From: Promethearchaeota archaeon
GTDB lineage: Archaea > Asgardarchaeota > Lokiarchaeia > Sigyniarchaeales > SOKP01
NCBI GenBank assembly: GCA_016839555.1
Contig: JAEOUA010000012.1
Coordinates: 224,001 to 288,000 of the forward strand
Direction of reading: 5' to 3'
DNA: 64,000 bases
The notes under the pieces were generated by a model. It saw only the letters and a list, made by a program, of their open reading frames with translations, did not search any database and had not been told where the DNA came from. The translations under genes and the position numbers were made by a program. How positions within the stretch are numbered: the stretch's first letter is position 1; each line of letters opens with the position of its first letter. Of this stretch, positions 48,794 through 58,919 are shown piece after piece.

Positions 48794-49993
48794 TTGAATA
48801 GTGAGATAGAACTTCAATTGGAATTATTACAGCATTACCCATGGCTTCCTTCATTAAAAAAGATATATCAAGACATTGCCTCAAAAGATCCTTCTCAATT
48901 TATTTCAGAAATTTTTTCCAATGAAGAGAGCCAAATAAAGGAGAGGATTTTAAATCTATTTAATGCAGCGTTTAATAATTTAGAAAATATTGGGAATTAT
49001 GAGATAAATGAAACCAATATTAATTTTTACCTAATTTTAAAAATCCTATTATATCTATTAAATACAGATTCTATTACCAATAGAATTGCAAATTTATATT
49101 CTAAAATAATGTATAAAGAATTATTAGCAGAAAATGACCATTATATTTATCAAATCTGTAAAGATCTTAATTTAGATGTAAAATATTACCAGAATCCCAT
49201 TCAATATAGAATAAGGATTGTAAAAGATAAAAAAGAAATTTCAAAGACTAATTATCGGATTCATTATATTGATTATTTAAAACTTAGTTCTAAATTGCAC
49301 GATGATTATAGAAAATTAGTTAATAATCCAATTTCCGAAGGATATGTGTTTATTTTAAAGAAAAACTTGGTTAGACTTTTACAAGAATATGTAAGGATTA
49401 AAATCCTCGAAATCAAAAATAAGAATGAAAAAGAAATTGATAATTTAAAAGAAAAAATCCTAAAGATTCGCGAGTTTAAGTCCTTATATGATCAAATTTT
49501 AAGTATATGGGAATTGAAAAAAGAAGAATTAGAATATTCTATAGATATAGAACTTATAGAAGGAGAAGATATAACGGACATATTTCCTCCTTGTATAAAA
49601 CATATTCTTTCCCAAGCAAAAGAAGGACAAAATCTTACTCATACAGAACGGCTCTTTCTCACATTTTTTCTTCATGCTTTGGAATATCCTATTAAAAAAA
49701 TTGTAGATATTTTTTCAACTCTTCCAGATTTTGACAGAGAAAAAACCTCATATCAAGTGACATTTGCAAAGAATAAGGGATATACCCCCCATTCTTGTGA
49801 AACTTTAAAATCTCTTAAATTATGTAAAGCGTCTAAATATTCTGATGAGTTGTGTTTAAAAGGATATTATTCAAAAAAATTACAACAAAATAAGAAAATT
49901 AAACATCCTCTTTTTTATGTTCAATTCAAGCATTATAAATATTCCAATGGGAAAAATGAAAAAACTAAACTAAACGAAAAAAATGGAAATTAA
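48794..49993 (+). CDS. priL: DNA primase large subunit with Fe-S C-terminal domain
   Basis: HYPWL, YRKLVN, GYVF, FPPCI, LTHTER, PDFD, SCETL, LC...LC, HPL. Confidence 0.92.
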   Translation: MNSEIELQLELLQHYPWLPSLKKIYQDIASKDPSQFISEIFSNEESQIKERILNLFNAAFNNLENIGNYEINETNINFYLILKILLYLLNTDSITNRIANLYSKIMYKELLAENDHYIYQICKDLNLDVKYYQNPIQYRIRIVKDKKEISKTNYRIHYIDYLKLSSKLHDDYRKLVNNPISEGYVFILKKNLVRLLQEYVRIKILEIKNKNEKEIDNLKEKILKIREFKSLYDQILSIWELKKEELEYSIDIELIEGEDITDIFPPCIKHILSQAKEGQNLTHTERLFLTFFLHALEYPIKKIVDIFSTLPDFDREKTSYQVTFAKNKGYTPHSCETLKSLKLCKASKYSDELCLKGYYSKKLQQNKKIKHPLFYVQFKHYKYSNGKNEKTKLNEKNGN

Positions 49994-51251
49994 TTATCTT
50001 CAGCGAGTATTTCAAGCGTATTATAAAGAGAGAAAAAGCGAGATTCCCTCAGTTAGCACCATTAATAATAGGGAGTTCGGATTTATCCCTTGGAATAAAG
50101 CAATTATGATCCGACATATGGGTTTCAAAGATTTACAAGCCCTAAAAGATTATCTTATCGAAAGTTCCCCTCGCCATGTTTATTCGAGCGGATCACTCTA
50201 TTCAATGCCTGAGAATACTAATATGGATCAAAAAGGATACCAGGGCTGCGATTTAATAGTTGATATCGATGTGGATCACTTTTATACTTCTTGCAAAGAC
50301 GATCATGATATTTGGATTTGTAAAGAGTGTGATTCTTCTGGAAAAGGAATGATCACTAAATGTCCCAAATGTGGAAGCTTAAAATTTTCCACTTTAAATT
50401 GGATTTGCGAAGAATGCCTAGAGACCGCAAAAAATGAAATTATTAAATTATTAGAAGAATTTTTAGTGCCAGACTTTGATATTAGCCTTGAGCAAGCCAA
50501 AATTGCTTTTTCAGGCCATAGAGGATATCATTTAAAAATAGAAAATGATAAAATAAGGGCTCTCACAACTCATGAAAGAAGAGAAATAGCTGATTATCTA
50601 ACTGGTCATAATATATCTTTCGAAATTTTAGGTCTCCAACAAATTGGTTCTAATATTTACGGATTAATAGGTAATAATTTAGATTGGTCTCAGAAAATAA
50701 TCAACAAAATTAAAGACATATTAAGAAATTATTCTGATAACCAAATTAAAGATTTATTATTTCAGTTTGGATTTAATAAGAATGTAGTAAAAAGTTTTAT
50801 TAATTCAAAGCAAGATTTTTTATATACGATAACTAATAACACTCATAACCTATGGAACATAGAAGGATTTGGAATAAATAATTGGAAAAAATTTTTAAAA
50901 GGAATTATTCATCAAATAGGAGTGGAGATCGATGAACCTGTGTTAATTGATATTCATAGACTAATTAGATATCCTGGGTCATTACATGGGAAGACAGGTT
51001 TTAAAGTACAAGAATTAACCATAAAACAATTATATGATTTTAACCCTTTAAATGAGAATCGGGATGATTTAAATCCAATCATATTTGAAAGCAAAAAAAA
51101 CATGCAAAAAATAAAAATTGTTGAATCAGAAGTACCTAAAACAAAGATTAAGGGGGATACTTATGGTCCTTATTTTAAGGATGAAATTATAGAAGTCCCT
51201 AATCACATCGCAATTTTTTTACTCTGTAAAGAAGTTGCTGTTCCTGTCTAA
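49983..51251 (+). CDS. priS: DNA primase small (catalytic) subunit
   Basis: REFGF, IRHMGF, DLIVDIDVD, FSGHRGYH, IDEPVLIDIHRLIRYPGSLHGKTG. Confidence 0.96.
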   Translation: MEINYLQRVFQAYYKERKSEIPSVSTINNREFGFIPWNKAIMIRHMGFKDLQALKDYLIESSPRHVYSSGSLYSMPENTNMDQKGYQGCDLIVDIDVDHFYTSCKDDHDIWICKECDSSGKGMITKCPKCGSLKFSTLNWICEECLETAKNEIIKLLEEFLVPDFDISLEQAKIAFSGHRGYHLKIENDKIRALTTHERREIADYLTGHNISFEILGLQQIGSNIYGLIGNNLDWSQKIINKIKDILRNYSDNQIKDLLFQFGFNKNVVKSFINSKQDFLYTITNNTHNLWNIEGFGINNWKKFLKGIIHQIGVEIDEPVLIDIHRLIRYPGSLHGKTGFKVQELTIKQLYDFNPLNENRDDLNPIIFESKKNMQKIKIVESEVPKTKIKGDTYGPYFKDEIIEVPNHIAIFLLCKEVAVPV

Positions 51252-51416
51252 ATTTTAAAAATTAAAAATCAATTTTATTATTAGATACTAATTCTAATTA
51301 AATTTGATATTGGTTTTGAAAAATATCAATTAGGAAATAATAATAAATTATTTTGAAATTTCATTAAACTATTTAATAAATTTGGAAGCTTCTTAATTAT
51401 AAATATTTCTGATTAT

Positions 51417-52088
51417 ATGAATATTGAAGAAGAGTACGAACGACTATATAATCATTGGTTCCAAGAGTTCAATGAAGCAGATTTAACAAGATTCTCACAA
51501 GAATTATTTAATAATTATAAAAACCTCATAGATTCTATTAATGAATTTGAACTTCATAAAGATGAAACGCTTGAAAACCAAATATTAAAAGAATATAAAA
51601 AAAACTTAAATTTTCTTTTTAATGATTTATTAAAAATCCGAAAGATAAAAATAATTAATGCTTCCCTTTCTCTTAAAGAAATTGATTTAAATTTGTTAAT
51701 CGAAGCAGAAAAATTATTATATCAAAACATTGTGGCTTCTATTAAAGGATTTGAAAAAATTAAGGCTCTCTTGACTAACTTAACCGATAAAAAATATAGT
51801 TTTGATGACTTACAAATATCTCTTAAATCTCAGGAAATATCAGAGCTTAATGAATCCCCCGCCATTCAACAAGATCAAAGATCTATTGAAGGAGATTATA
51901 TCGCAGAAGAAATAGAAGATAAAATTGAATATGGTCTTATCAGATTCTTGGAAAATAACCCAGCAATAGTAGGGATTGATCTTTTCAATTATGGCCCTTT
52001 TAAAAAAGAAGATGTCGTAAACTTACCTTATAAAAATGCTGTAATATTGGTTAATGAAAAAATAGCAGAATTCATTTCTATAAATTAG
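51417..52088 (+). CDS. GINS subunit (Gins15/Gins51 type)
   Basis: A-domain LLKIRKIKII; B-domain IRFLENNPAIVGIDLFNYGPFKKEDVVNLPYKNA. Confidence 0.88.
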   Translation: MNIEEEYERLYNHWFQEFNEADLTRFSQELFNNYKNLIDSINEFELHKDETLENQILKEYKKNLNFLFNDLLKIRKIKIINASLSLKEIDLNLLIEAEKLLYQNIVASIKGFEKIKALLTNLTDKKYSFDDLQISLKSQEISELNESPAIQQDQRSIEGDYIAEEIEDKIEYGLIRFLENNPAIVGIDLFNYGPFKKEDVVNLPYKNAVILVNEKIAEFISIN

Positions 52089-52276
52089 ATCTTATTGAAT
52101 TTTTCATCAAATTCCTTTTTAAAATATTCTATTCTATATTTTTGGTATTTATCAATTAGGGAAAACTTCGGAGGTATCGCATTAATCTGAGAACCTCCGC
52201 AATATGGACATTTTGATTGGGCATTTTTTAAACTGTATTTTCCACAATTTTTACATTTCTTTAAATATTTTGTCAT
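52085..52276 (-). CDS. nop10: H/ACA RNP protein Nop10
   Basis: KCKNCGKYSL...CPYCGG...PPKFSLIDKYQKYR. Confidence 0.92.
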   Translation of the reverse strand: MTKYLKKCKNCGKYSLKNAQSKCPYCGGSQINAIPPKFSLIDKYQKYRIEYFKKEFDEKFNKI

Positions 52277-52312
52277 AAAGATCTTCTAATTTCTAAAAAT
52301 AAATATATCTAT

Positions 52313-53140
52313 TCAATCTCTAATAAATTCAAAAGTGCTTCCTTCATATTTCTTTGCTTTTCCTTCAATAATTTCGAGGCAATCAGATAATATATTTTCA
52401 CAATCTAAATAATCTTTAGAAATTACTTCAATTCGATAATATGGAGCCGCAATATAAGAAATCTTTAAATTTCTGGTATCTTTTGGATTATCTATTACTT
52501 TTTGAGCCTTAACTAAGGTTTTTTTTATTAATTCAACTCCATTTTCTTGGATAAATCGTAATTTGAGTTTTCCAATGATATTTACAATTGAGATTTCTAC
52601 ATTTTCATCCACAATCTTTAGGAATTTATCTTTAACTTCCTCAGAAACATCAGTAAGATTATTTAATATTTCTCTTCCATTTTCTTTTAACGATTCAACG
52701 GTTTCTTGATAATCATCATTAAAATATTCTAACACAGGAAAGCCTATTTGTTCATACGCATCATCTAAGGTCATATCATTATATTCTTCGACTAAAAATT
52801 GAAGTAAATTTTCTAGTTTTACCGCGTATTTCCATTCTTTCATTTTATTTTTACGCTGTGCAGAATTAGTCCTTCTCAGAGATAAATCCACATGTCCTTT
52901 TTCCGGGTCAACGCGAATTACTCTTAATACGATCTTTTGTCCTTCTCGTAAATGATTTCTAATGTTTTTTACCCAACGAGAGGATACTTCGGAAATATGA
53001 ACCATACCTCTGGCGTTTTTTTCTGAGGGTAATCCTTCATAATTTAAAATATCCACATATACATATTGATCTTGAATATCGGAAACCCTTGTAATTACAA
53101 AGTCTCCTTCTTTTGGGAAAGGTGTACGCGATTTGGGCAT
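52313..53140 (-). CDS. eif2a: Translation initiation factor aIF2 alpha
   Basis: FPKEGDFV, GMVHISEVSSRWVKNIR, VIRVDPEKGHVDLSLRR, YIAAPYYRI. Confidence 0.96.
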   Translation of the reverse strand: MPKSRTPFPKEGDFVITRVSDIQDQYVYVDILNYEGLPSEKNARGMVHISEVSSRWVKNIRNHLREGQKIVLRVIRVDPEKGHVDLSLRRTNSAQRKNKMKEWKYAVKLENLLQFLVEEYNDMTLDDAYEQIGFPVLEYFNDDYQETVESLKENGREILNNLTDVSEEVKDKFLKIVDENVEISIVNIIGKLKLRFIQENGVELIKKTLVKAQKVIDNPKDTRNLKISYIAAPYYRIEVISKDYLDCENILSDCLEIIEGKAKKYEGSTFEFIRD

Positions 53141-53296
53141 TATAATCTGTTTGAAAAATATTATTTTTATTTGCTTTCTTACAATCTTGTATCTATAAAC
53201 GATACATAGTTTTTTATTTTTATTCTTAAAATTCTAATTTTATCCATAACTTACTTCTTTATAACCATTATTAGTTTTCAATTTTACAATTTAATC

Positions 53297-53737
53297 ATGC
53301 CAAACTGGATAATACACAATAAATGGGCAAAAAAAGCAGGCATTCCCGAAAAGATTGCTGAATTTGTTGATAGAAGTATCGATTACGGTTCAAATTGGCT
53401 TCCTAAGGACCGTCAAGAATATGAAATTCACGAGGAAGGAGAGAATGAAAATAATTTTTATCGTCAATTAATTTTTTTTTATGACAATGATATTCTTCGA
53501 AAAAATTTTATAAAAGCCTGTTATTTACATCATATGCTCGATTATTTTAAGGAGACTTATGTGGATATTTACAATATAGAATTAGTATTTGAAAAATTTC
53601 TTGAAAATAAAGCTATTGTAAGAATTCAAGATAGTCAGGGAAATATCATAAATTTTGAAAATGAACTCAATGAGATTTTCCAATTAATACGCGATAATAA
53701 GACAGATTTATTTAAAGATATAAAAGAAACGTATTAA
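53297..53737 (+). CDS. Hypothetical protein (His-containing, possibly metal-binding helical fold)
   Basis: MPNWIIHNKWA...VD...YLHHMLDY. Confidence 0.7.
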   Translation: MPNWIIHNKWAKKAGIPEKIAEFVDRSIDYGSNWLPKDRQEYEIHEEGENENNFYRQLIFFYDNDILRKNFIKACYLHHMLDYFKETYVDIYNIELVFEKFLENKAIVRIQDSQGNIINFENELNEIFQLIRDNKTDLFKDIKETY

Positions 53738-54301
53738 CTTGTTTTGTGTTGATAATTGCTGCTTAGACCCGATTCTCCTCATATAAAGCATTTCTCTTTC
53801 TTAGAAATTACCAAAAGCTTTTTAATCTACAAAGAATTTTCTTACGCACTCAAATCGATTCAAAATTGACATCTACAAATTTGAGGAAATGAATGATAAT
53901 TTCAATTCATAAGAAAAAAATTTTTACCACTTTTGAGGGGAGTTAATAGATCTCTTAACTATCTAAGTTAATCACTATCTTAACAATGTTGATATTGATC
54001 TTAACTTATAAAAAAAATAAGAATAGTCTTAAAAAAAGGATAAAAAAAAGAAAATATGAGTAAGCATTTATCACGCATTATACTTTTTCAGAGCAATGAT
54101 TTTAATAAGATTACATCATTATTGAGAAAATCGAACAAAAATAAGAGATAAGCGGTATGTTCATAATTATGTGTCTTCAGATCTCGATGATAATTGTTCG
54201 AGTCTAAATATTTGTTGCCGATCTTGGTCGAAAAAAAATTATACAAAAAGTCTTTCTCTCTCTTGCTTAACCTTTGGATGATTTCCACGATAATCTTAAT
54301 C

Positions 54302-54553
54302 TTAAATAAATAATTTAGGATTAATTTTTTTAATTTTATCCTTTAATTCTTTTGCTTTTGTTTCATTTAACAAGCTTTTATCGATTTGTGCTAAAAATTC
54401 CTTTTTGTCACTTTTTTCAATTATAGATAATCCAAGAAATACTATTATTGATATTCTAGCATAATTAAAAATCTCGTTGGTAAATTTCTCGATATTGGGT
54501 TCTAATTTCTGCCATTTTTTCAGTTTGCTTTTTCTATCACTACCATGTAAAAT
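54302..54553 (-). pseudogene. 5'-truncated remnant of an Apea-type HEPN domain gene
   Basis: ILHGSDRKSKLKKWQKLEPNIEKFTNEIFNYARISIIVFLGL...KKEFLAQIDKSLLNETKAKELKDKIKKINPKLFI*; no start codon and no Arg of the RxxxxH motif. Confidence 0.55.
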
Positions 54554-56369
54554 TAAATTTTTTGAGGCTTTTAGAAAGGATTTTTCCTATACATATGGTA
54601 TTGTTTTGCCAGAATGTACATTTACATCAATTTCAGCCGAGGAAATTCTCATAATCACAAATATGTATTTATGGTTATACGAAGATTTTTTTGCAAAACA
54701 TAAAATAGACGCTTATACTCTTAGTTTTCAGGGTATTTCAATGGAAACACTTGTGGGTAAAGCCTTTTTTGAAATGGCAGAACAAATTTCAGCATGGGAT
54801 GATCATAGTTTTAAAGAAACCGATTGGTACTCTGCAGTAAAAAACACAGAGTATCATCAATTTGCAGATGACTTTATAAAAAAGTATGAGTTGTTGTTTG
54901 GTATGGAAGAAATTTCACTCTCAATTGAAAAAAGAAATGGATTAATAAAGGAGTTATCTATTTATAGATTTTTGAGAAATAACTTTGAAAAAGAAATCAA
55001 GAATACGGGAACGGAAATTTTCAAAGGTGCACAAGAATATTATTTCAAAGAAAATGGGATCCTTCTCTCTGAGACAAAACTATGTGAGAAAATGTTTCTT
55101 AATGAATATTACACTGCAGTAAATTTGAGAAGGCGTAGTATGAGCCGAGATATAATGTTTAAAGTGGAGATGTTTATATTATATGACCTTACTAATGTAG
55201 AGTTTCAGCGAGAACTTTTAGATAAAATAGATAAATGGAGAGACGAACATAATGATAAGTCCGTTTATGCTTTACAGGACACCATAAACAGGGAAATTAT
55301 CTATAAAATATTACATCTCTGGCGTAAATTGCACGGAGAAACTATAACGGTGGCAGATTTAGAAAAAATAAGAAATGAGAGATTTAATGAATATAGGAAT
55401 ACCAAAGATAAATCCTTCTTCAAACATAATGTAAATTATCAAAGTGATAGATATGGAAAATCGTGGGGAGTATTTGAAAAGTTTGTTTTAGACAATTTTG
55501 AGGAATTTCAAAACAATAAAGAAATCAAAGCACTTCTCAAAGAAATTAGGCATTATAAAAGTATAACAAGTGGAGGAACCTTACCAAATCATGATCCTAA
55601 ATTTAAATCAGAAGGGATGAAGACCTTTCAAACATATTATCCAATTCGATTTACAATGGGATTAGACCTCTTAACATGTCAATTTTTAGATTTGCTTGGG
55701 AAGGAAGTTCGACATCATCCTAATCAGAATCCAGAAATGTTGTTTATGTTTACAAAAGATAAGAATTCACCTGGCGGGTACCGAGTTGAACTTATATTAA
55801 TAGATAAAAGGGTTCACGGCTATCGTGGAATAACGGATGGCAGTAAGATTATACAACTTCATGGCAGGTCTCTATTTATAAAGGAGAGAAATGAAATCAT
55901 AAAAGCGCGAATGAAACATCTTATTGATTTATCGATTAAGACTAAGGGAATGTCTCCTAAACAATGCGAAGCGTTCTTAAGAAAAGAGTTTAAGAATAAG
56001 CAAGTCACTATTCAGGGCACTAAAGGATTGTTTGATGTTAAATTATGGGGATCTATTGACAAATTGGGCATAGAAGGCTTATCGAAAGATAACATGGATG
56101 ATTTTATTCAAAGATGGTTAAAATGGAATTTTGACAAAGTCAGTGAAAAAGAATGGTTTGAAGATAATGGTTATAAAGAATTTTACGAAAAATGGCTTCA
56201 ATTCAAAACAGAGATATTACGGGATATGAGAGAATATAACAAATTTGACCCAGAAAAGCTTTCTCAATCAGAAAAAGAACTTCTTGAATCTTACTTTTCT
56301 TATTGGTTTATTAATGTTTATCTCGAAAACGAACATTTCCCCGATGGATTCAACCCTTTTTCCCCATAA
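54477..56369 (+). CDS. Probably 5'-truncated large protein with an HNH-like motif
   Basis: First ~25 codons are antisense to the HEPN remnant; VRHHPNQNPE...VELILIDKRVHG at about 55710-55820 resembles a beta-beta-alpha-Me nuclease site. Confidence 0.55.
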   Translation: MVNFSILGSNFCHFFSLLFLSLPCKIKFFEAFRKDFSYTYGIVLPECTFTSISAEEILIITNMYLWLYEDFFAKHKIDAYTLSFQGISMETLVGKAFFEMAEQISAWDDHSFKETDWYSAVKNTEYHQFADDFIKKYELLFGMEEISLSIEKRNGLIKELSIYRFLRNNFEKEIKNTGTEIFKGAQEYYFKENGILLSETKLCEKMFLNEYYTAVNLRRRSMSRDIMFKVEMFILYDLTNVEFQRELLDKIDKWRDEHNDKSVYALQDTINREIIYKILHLWRKLHGETITVADLEKIRNERFNEYRNTKDKSFFKHNVNYQSDRYGKSWGVFEKFVLDNFEEFQNNKEIKALLKEIRHYKSITSGGTLPNHDPKFKSEGMKTFQTYYPIRFTMGLDLLTCQFLDLLGKEVRHHPNQNPEMLFMFTKDKNSPGGYRVELILIDKRVHGYRGITDGSKIIQLHGRSLFIKERNEIIKARMKHLIDLSIKTKGMSPKQCEAFLRKEFKNKQVTIQGTKGLFDVKLWGSIDKLGIEGLSKDNMDDFIQRWLKWNFDKVSEKEWFEDNGYKEFYEKWLQFKTEILRDMREYNKFDPEKLSQSEKELLESYFSYWFINVYLENEHFPDGFNPFSP

Positions 56370-56466
56370 TTAAGAGAATTGCGGGTTATTTAAATATATG
56401 AATCATTATTAAATAGTAAGATATAATTTTTTAATCATGTGCATTATTATATAATTGTAATAGAGA

Positions 56467-56994
56467 ATGAAAGGCGAAGAATTGATCAAACCCCCCAGAA
56501 AATATGTTATTCATAATCCGCGGTTGCGTAAAATCCGCAAGGAGTTTAGAACGCTTATTAAATTGGCAGTGATCGATGAATACGACCGGTTGCGAGGTTT
56601 AGAAAAATTATACAATGAAAGGCAACTATATAATAATATTGAATTAACCTCTGCCCAAAAGAAGCGCAGAGGCTATTTATCAAGAATGCGCTTATTTCTT
56701 GAGCACTGCTTCCATAGCTCTATATGCGTATGCGCCTATAAAAGGGGGCTTCGCGATGCTGATGTTAGCGGGGACCGTGTGAGGTGCACTGAAGTCGTAT
56801 TTAATTCTTTATATCCAAATTCAAATTGTATAGTGGAGAAAGTCTTTTATTCGCTTGAAACTTTTAAGCGTGGAGGGGAAGGTTTCTTGGCAGTTTATAA
56901 AGAAGATGAGCGATTGTGTCGGAAGTCAGGTATAGGCTTTGTTTCATACCAAGAAGCAAAAACGCCTAAAAGAATGTATAAATTTTCAACGTAA
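56467..56994 (+). CDS. Hypothetical basic protein in a locally higher-GC segment
   Basis: 175 aa; visibly more CG-containing codons than the flanking genes. Confidence 0.6.
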   Translation: MKGEELIKPPRKYVIHNPRLRKIRKEFRTLIKLAVIDEYDRLRGLEKLYNERQLYNNIELTSAQKKRRGYLSRMRLFLEHCFHSSICVCAYKRGLRDADVSGDRVRCTEVVFNSLYPNSNCIVEKVFYSLETFKRGGEGFLAVYKEDERLCRKSGIGFVSYQEAKTPKRMYKFST

Positions 56995-57386
56995 AACATT
57001 CATTTTTTTGCTTGTGAGAAGGTTTTGGATTTTTTAATTATTTGTATTTAATTAAAATTAAAATTATAATAAAATTTATAGTAATTAAGTTTTCTAAGGT
57101 CTTAAGAAAGGATTTTAAAGGGTTTCTTCTATAATTTTTTAAAAAAGTTTTTAATTTAAAGGTTTCTTAGTGGTTTCTGTTTAATTAAAATCTTACTCTT
57201 TAATGTCAAAAGAGGGACTAAAAATTAGTATCTTAATGTTTTTATTAATCTAAATATTTTAATCTTAAAGTAAAATTTTTATGATATGATACTTTTCAAT
57301 ATTCACAATATTTTAGTTTCTTTAATAAATATTGTTCTATTTAATTTAATATAATTGAAATGAAGAAATAATGAAAAGTGATATTA

Positions 57387-58685
57387 ATGGCTGATAAACC
57401 ACATTTGAATTTAGTCATAATAGGTCATATAGATCATGGAAAATCTACCATGATGGGAGCCTTATTAATACAGACTGGCGCGGTCAGTGAAAGAGAAGCA
57501 AGAGAATTAGAAAAAATCGCAAAAGAATATGACAGAGACACATGGAGTTATGCTTATGTATTTGATAGATTGAAGGAAGAACGACAAAGAGGTATTACAA
57601 TCGACCTAGCCTTCCGTAAATTTGAGACAGAAAGCAAATATTTCACTATAATTGACGCACCAGGCCACAGGGATTTCGTAAAGAACATGATTACTGGAGC
57701 AAGTCAAGCAGATGCAGCAATTTTAGTAGTGTCTGGAAAGAAAGGGGAAATGGAGGTTGGCTTAGCCGCAAATGGTCAAACAAGGGAACATGCCTATTTA
57801 GCACAGACCTTAGGGGTTAAACAAATGGTTGTCGCTATCAATAAAGCTGATGTGTGGGATTATGATGAAAAGCGCTATAAAGAATGCGTGGATGCAGTTT
57901 CCGCTTTATTAAAGAATATAGGATTCAAGGTGAGTGATATTCCTTTTGTACCTGTAAGTGGTCTTAAGGGAGAAAATCTAACAAAACCTTCCGATAAATT
58001 TCCTTGGTATGATGGGCCCACCTTAATTGAAGCTATCGATAAATTTACACTGCCTGAGAAACCTCTTGACAAGCCTTTAAGGATTCCTATTCAAGATGCG
58101 TATAGAATTAAGGGTACTGGTGTGGTTCCTGTAGGAAGAGTTGAGACGGGAGTATTAAAGAAAGGAGATAACATTATAATTGAACCTGGCGGATTTACAG
58201 GGGAGATTCGAAGCATAGAAATGCATCATGAAGAGATTCCTAAAGCAGAGCCAGGTGATAATGTAGGGTTCAGCATAAGAGGTCTTAATATGGAGGATGT
58301 ACACAGAGGCGATGTATTATCCCATCCTGATAGTCCATGTACTGTGATTAATCCTAGTGGTAACTGGACCGGACAGATCATAGTTATTTGGCATCCTACA
58401 GCAGTTGCGCAAGGTTATACCCCTGTAATTCATGCTCATACCGCACAAATTGCTGCGAAGTTCATCCAATTAAATAAGAAATTAGATCAAAAAACTAGCG
58501 CTGTGATAGAAGATAATCCAAAGTTCATTAAGAAAAATGAAGCCGCAATCGTGACCTTGTCACCTATTAAAAAGCTTTGCTTGGAAAAGTACGAGGATAT
58601 TCCGGAACTCGGGAGATTCGCAATCCGAGACATGGGAAGAACTGTGGCAGTTGGAATAGTTAAAGACATTAAGACGGGCGCATAA
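57387..58685 (+). CDS. tuf: Translation elongation factor EF-1alpha
   Basis: GHIDHGKST, ERQRGITID, DAPGHRDF, NKAD, PLRIPIQD, GRFAIRDMGRTVAVG; ATG at 57387 follows a GTGA SD. Confidence 0.98.
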   Translation: MADKPHLNLVIIGHIDHGKSTMMGALLIQTGAVSEREARELEKIAKEYDRDTWSYAYVFDRLKEERQRGITIDLAFRKFETESKYFTIIDAPGHRDFVKNMITGASQADAAILVVSGKKGEMEVGLAANGQTREHAYLAQTLGVKQMVVAINKADVWDYDEKRYKECVDAVSALLKNIGFKVSDIPFVPVSGLKGENLTKPSDKFPWYDGPTLIEAIDKFTLPEKPLDKPLRIPIQDAYRIKGTGVVPVGRVETGVLKKGDNIIIEPGGFTGEIRSIEMHHEEIPKAEPGDNVGFSIRGLNMEDVHRGDVLSHPDSPCTVINPSGNWTGQIIVIWHPTAVAQGYTPVIHAHTAQIAAKFIQLNKKLDQKTSAVIEDNPKFIKKNEAAIVTLSPIKKLCLEKYEDIPELGRFAIRDMGRTVAVGIVKDIKTGA

Positions 58686-58728
58686 GCGCCTCGAATTGAA
58701 GCGATTAAGTATTTGGTTCCTTTTTTTT
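58677..58728 (+). terminator. Short GC hairpin over the tuf stop codon followed by a T-run
   Basis: GGCGC-ATAA-GCGCC (58677-58690), then T8 at 58721-58728. Confidence 0.45.
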
Positions 58729-58919
58729 AAAAATTAAAAATTATTTATTTTTGCATTTTATTTTTTCTAACTTATTATTAAAACTGTTTTTCATTATATA
58801 TTCTGCAAGTCTTATTCTATTTGAAAAAATCGACTAAATAATACCTAAATATTATTTTATTTTTTCATACAAGCTTTCTTTGTATTTCTTAAGGTATATT
58901 ATACAAGAAGGCTATAAAA

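Noticed and set aside
54088-54288. 66-aa minus-strand ORF downstream of the HEPN remnant
   Set aside because: No recognisable motif; it may be a remnant of the same island but cannot be supported
53738-57100. Intact mobile element or provirus
   Set aside because: No integrase, transposase, terminal repeats or att-like duplication seen
3494-58669. Short antisense or overlapping ORFs in the track (e.g. 3494, 6537, 7093, 9196, 11556, 11997, 13429, 14839, 15142, 16105, 17367, 17647, 18762, 21852, 22191, 23112, 26025, 26393, 26759, 29853, 35001, 39517, 42364, 43233, 44631, 45999, 47106, 49507, 50303, 57875, 58487)
   Set aside because: Shadow frames of well-supported genes; F/S/I-rich composition with no motifs
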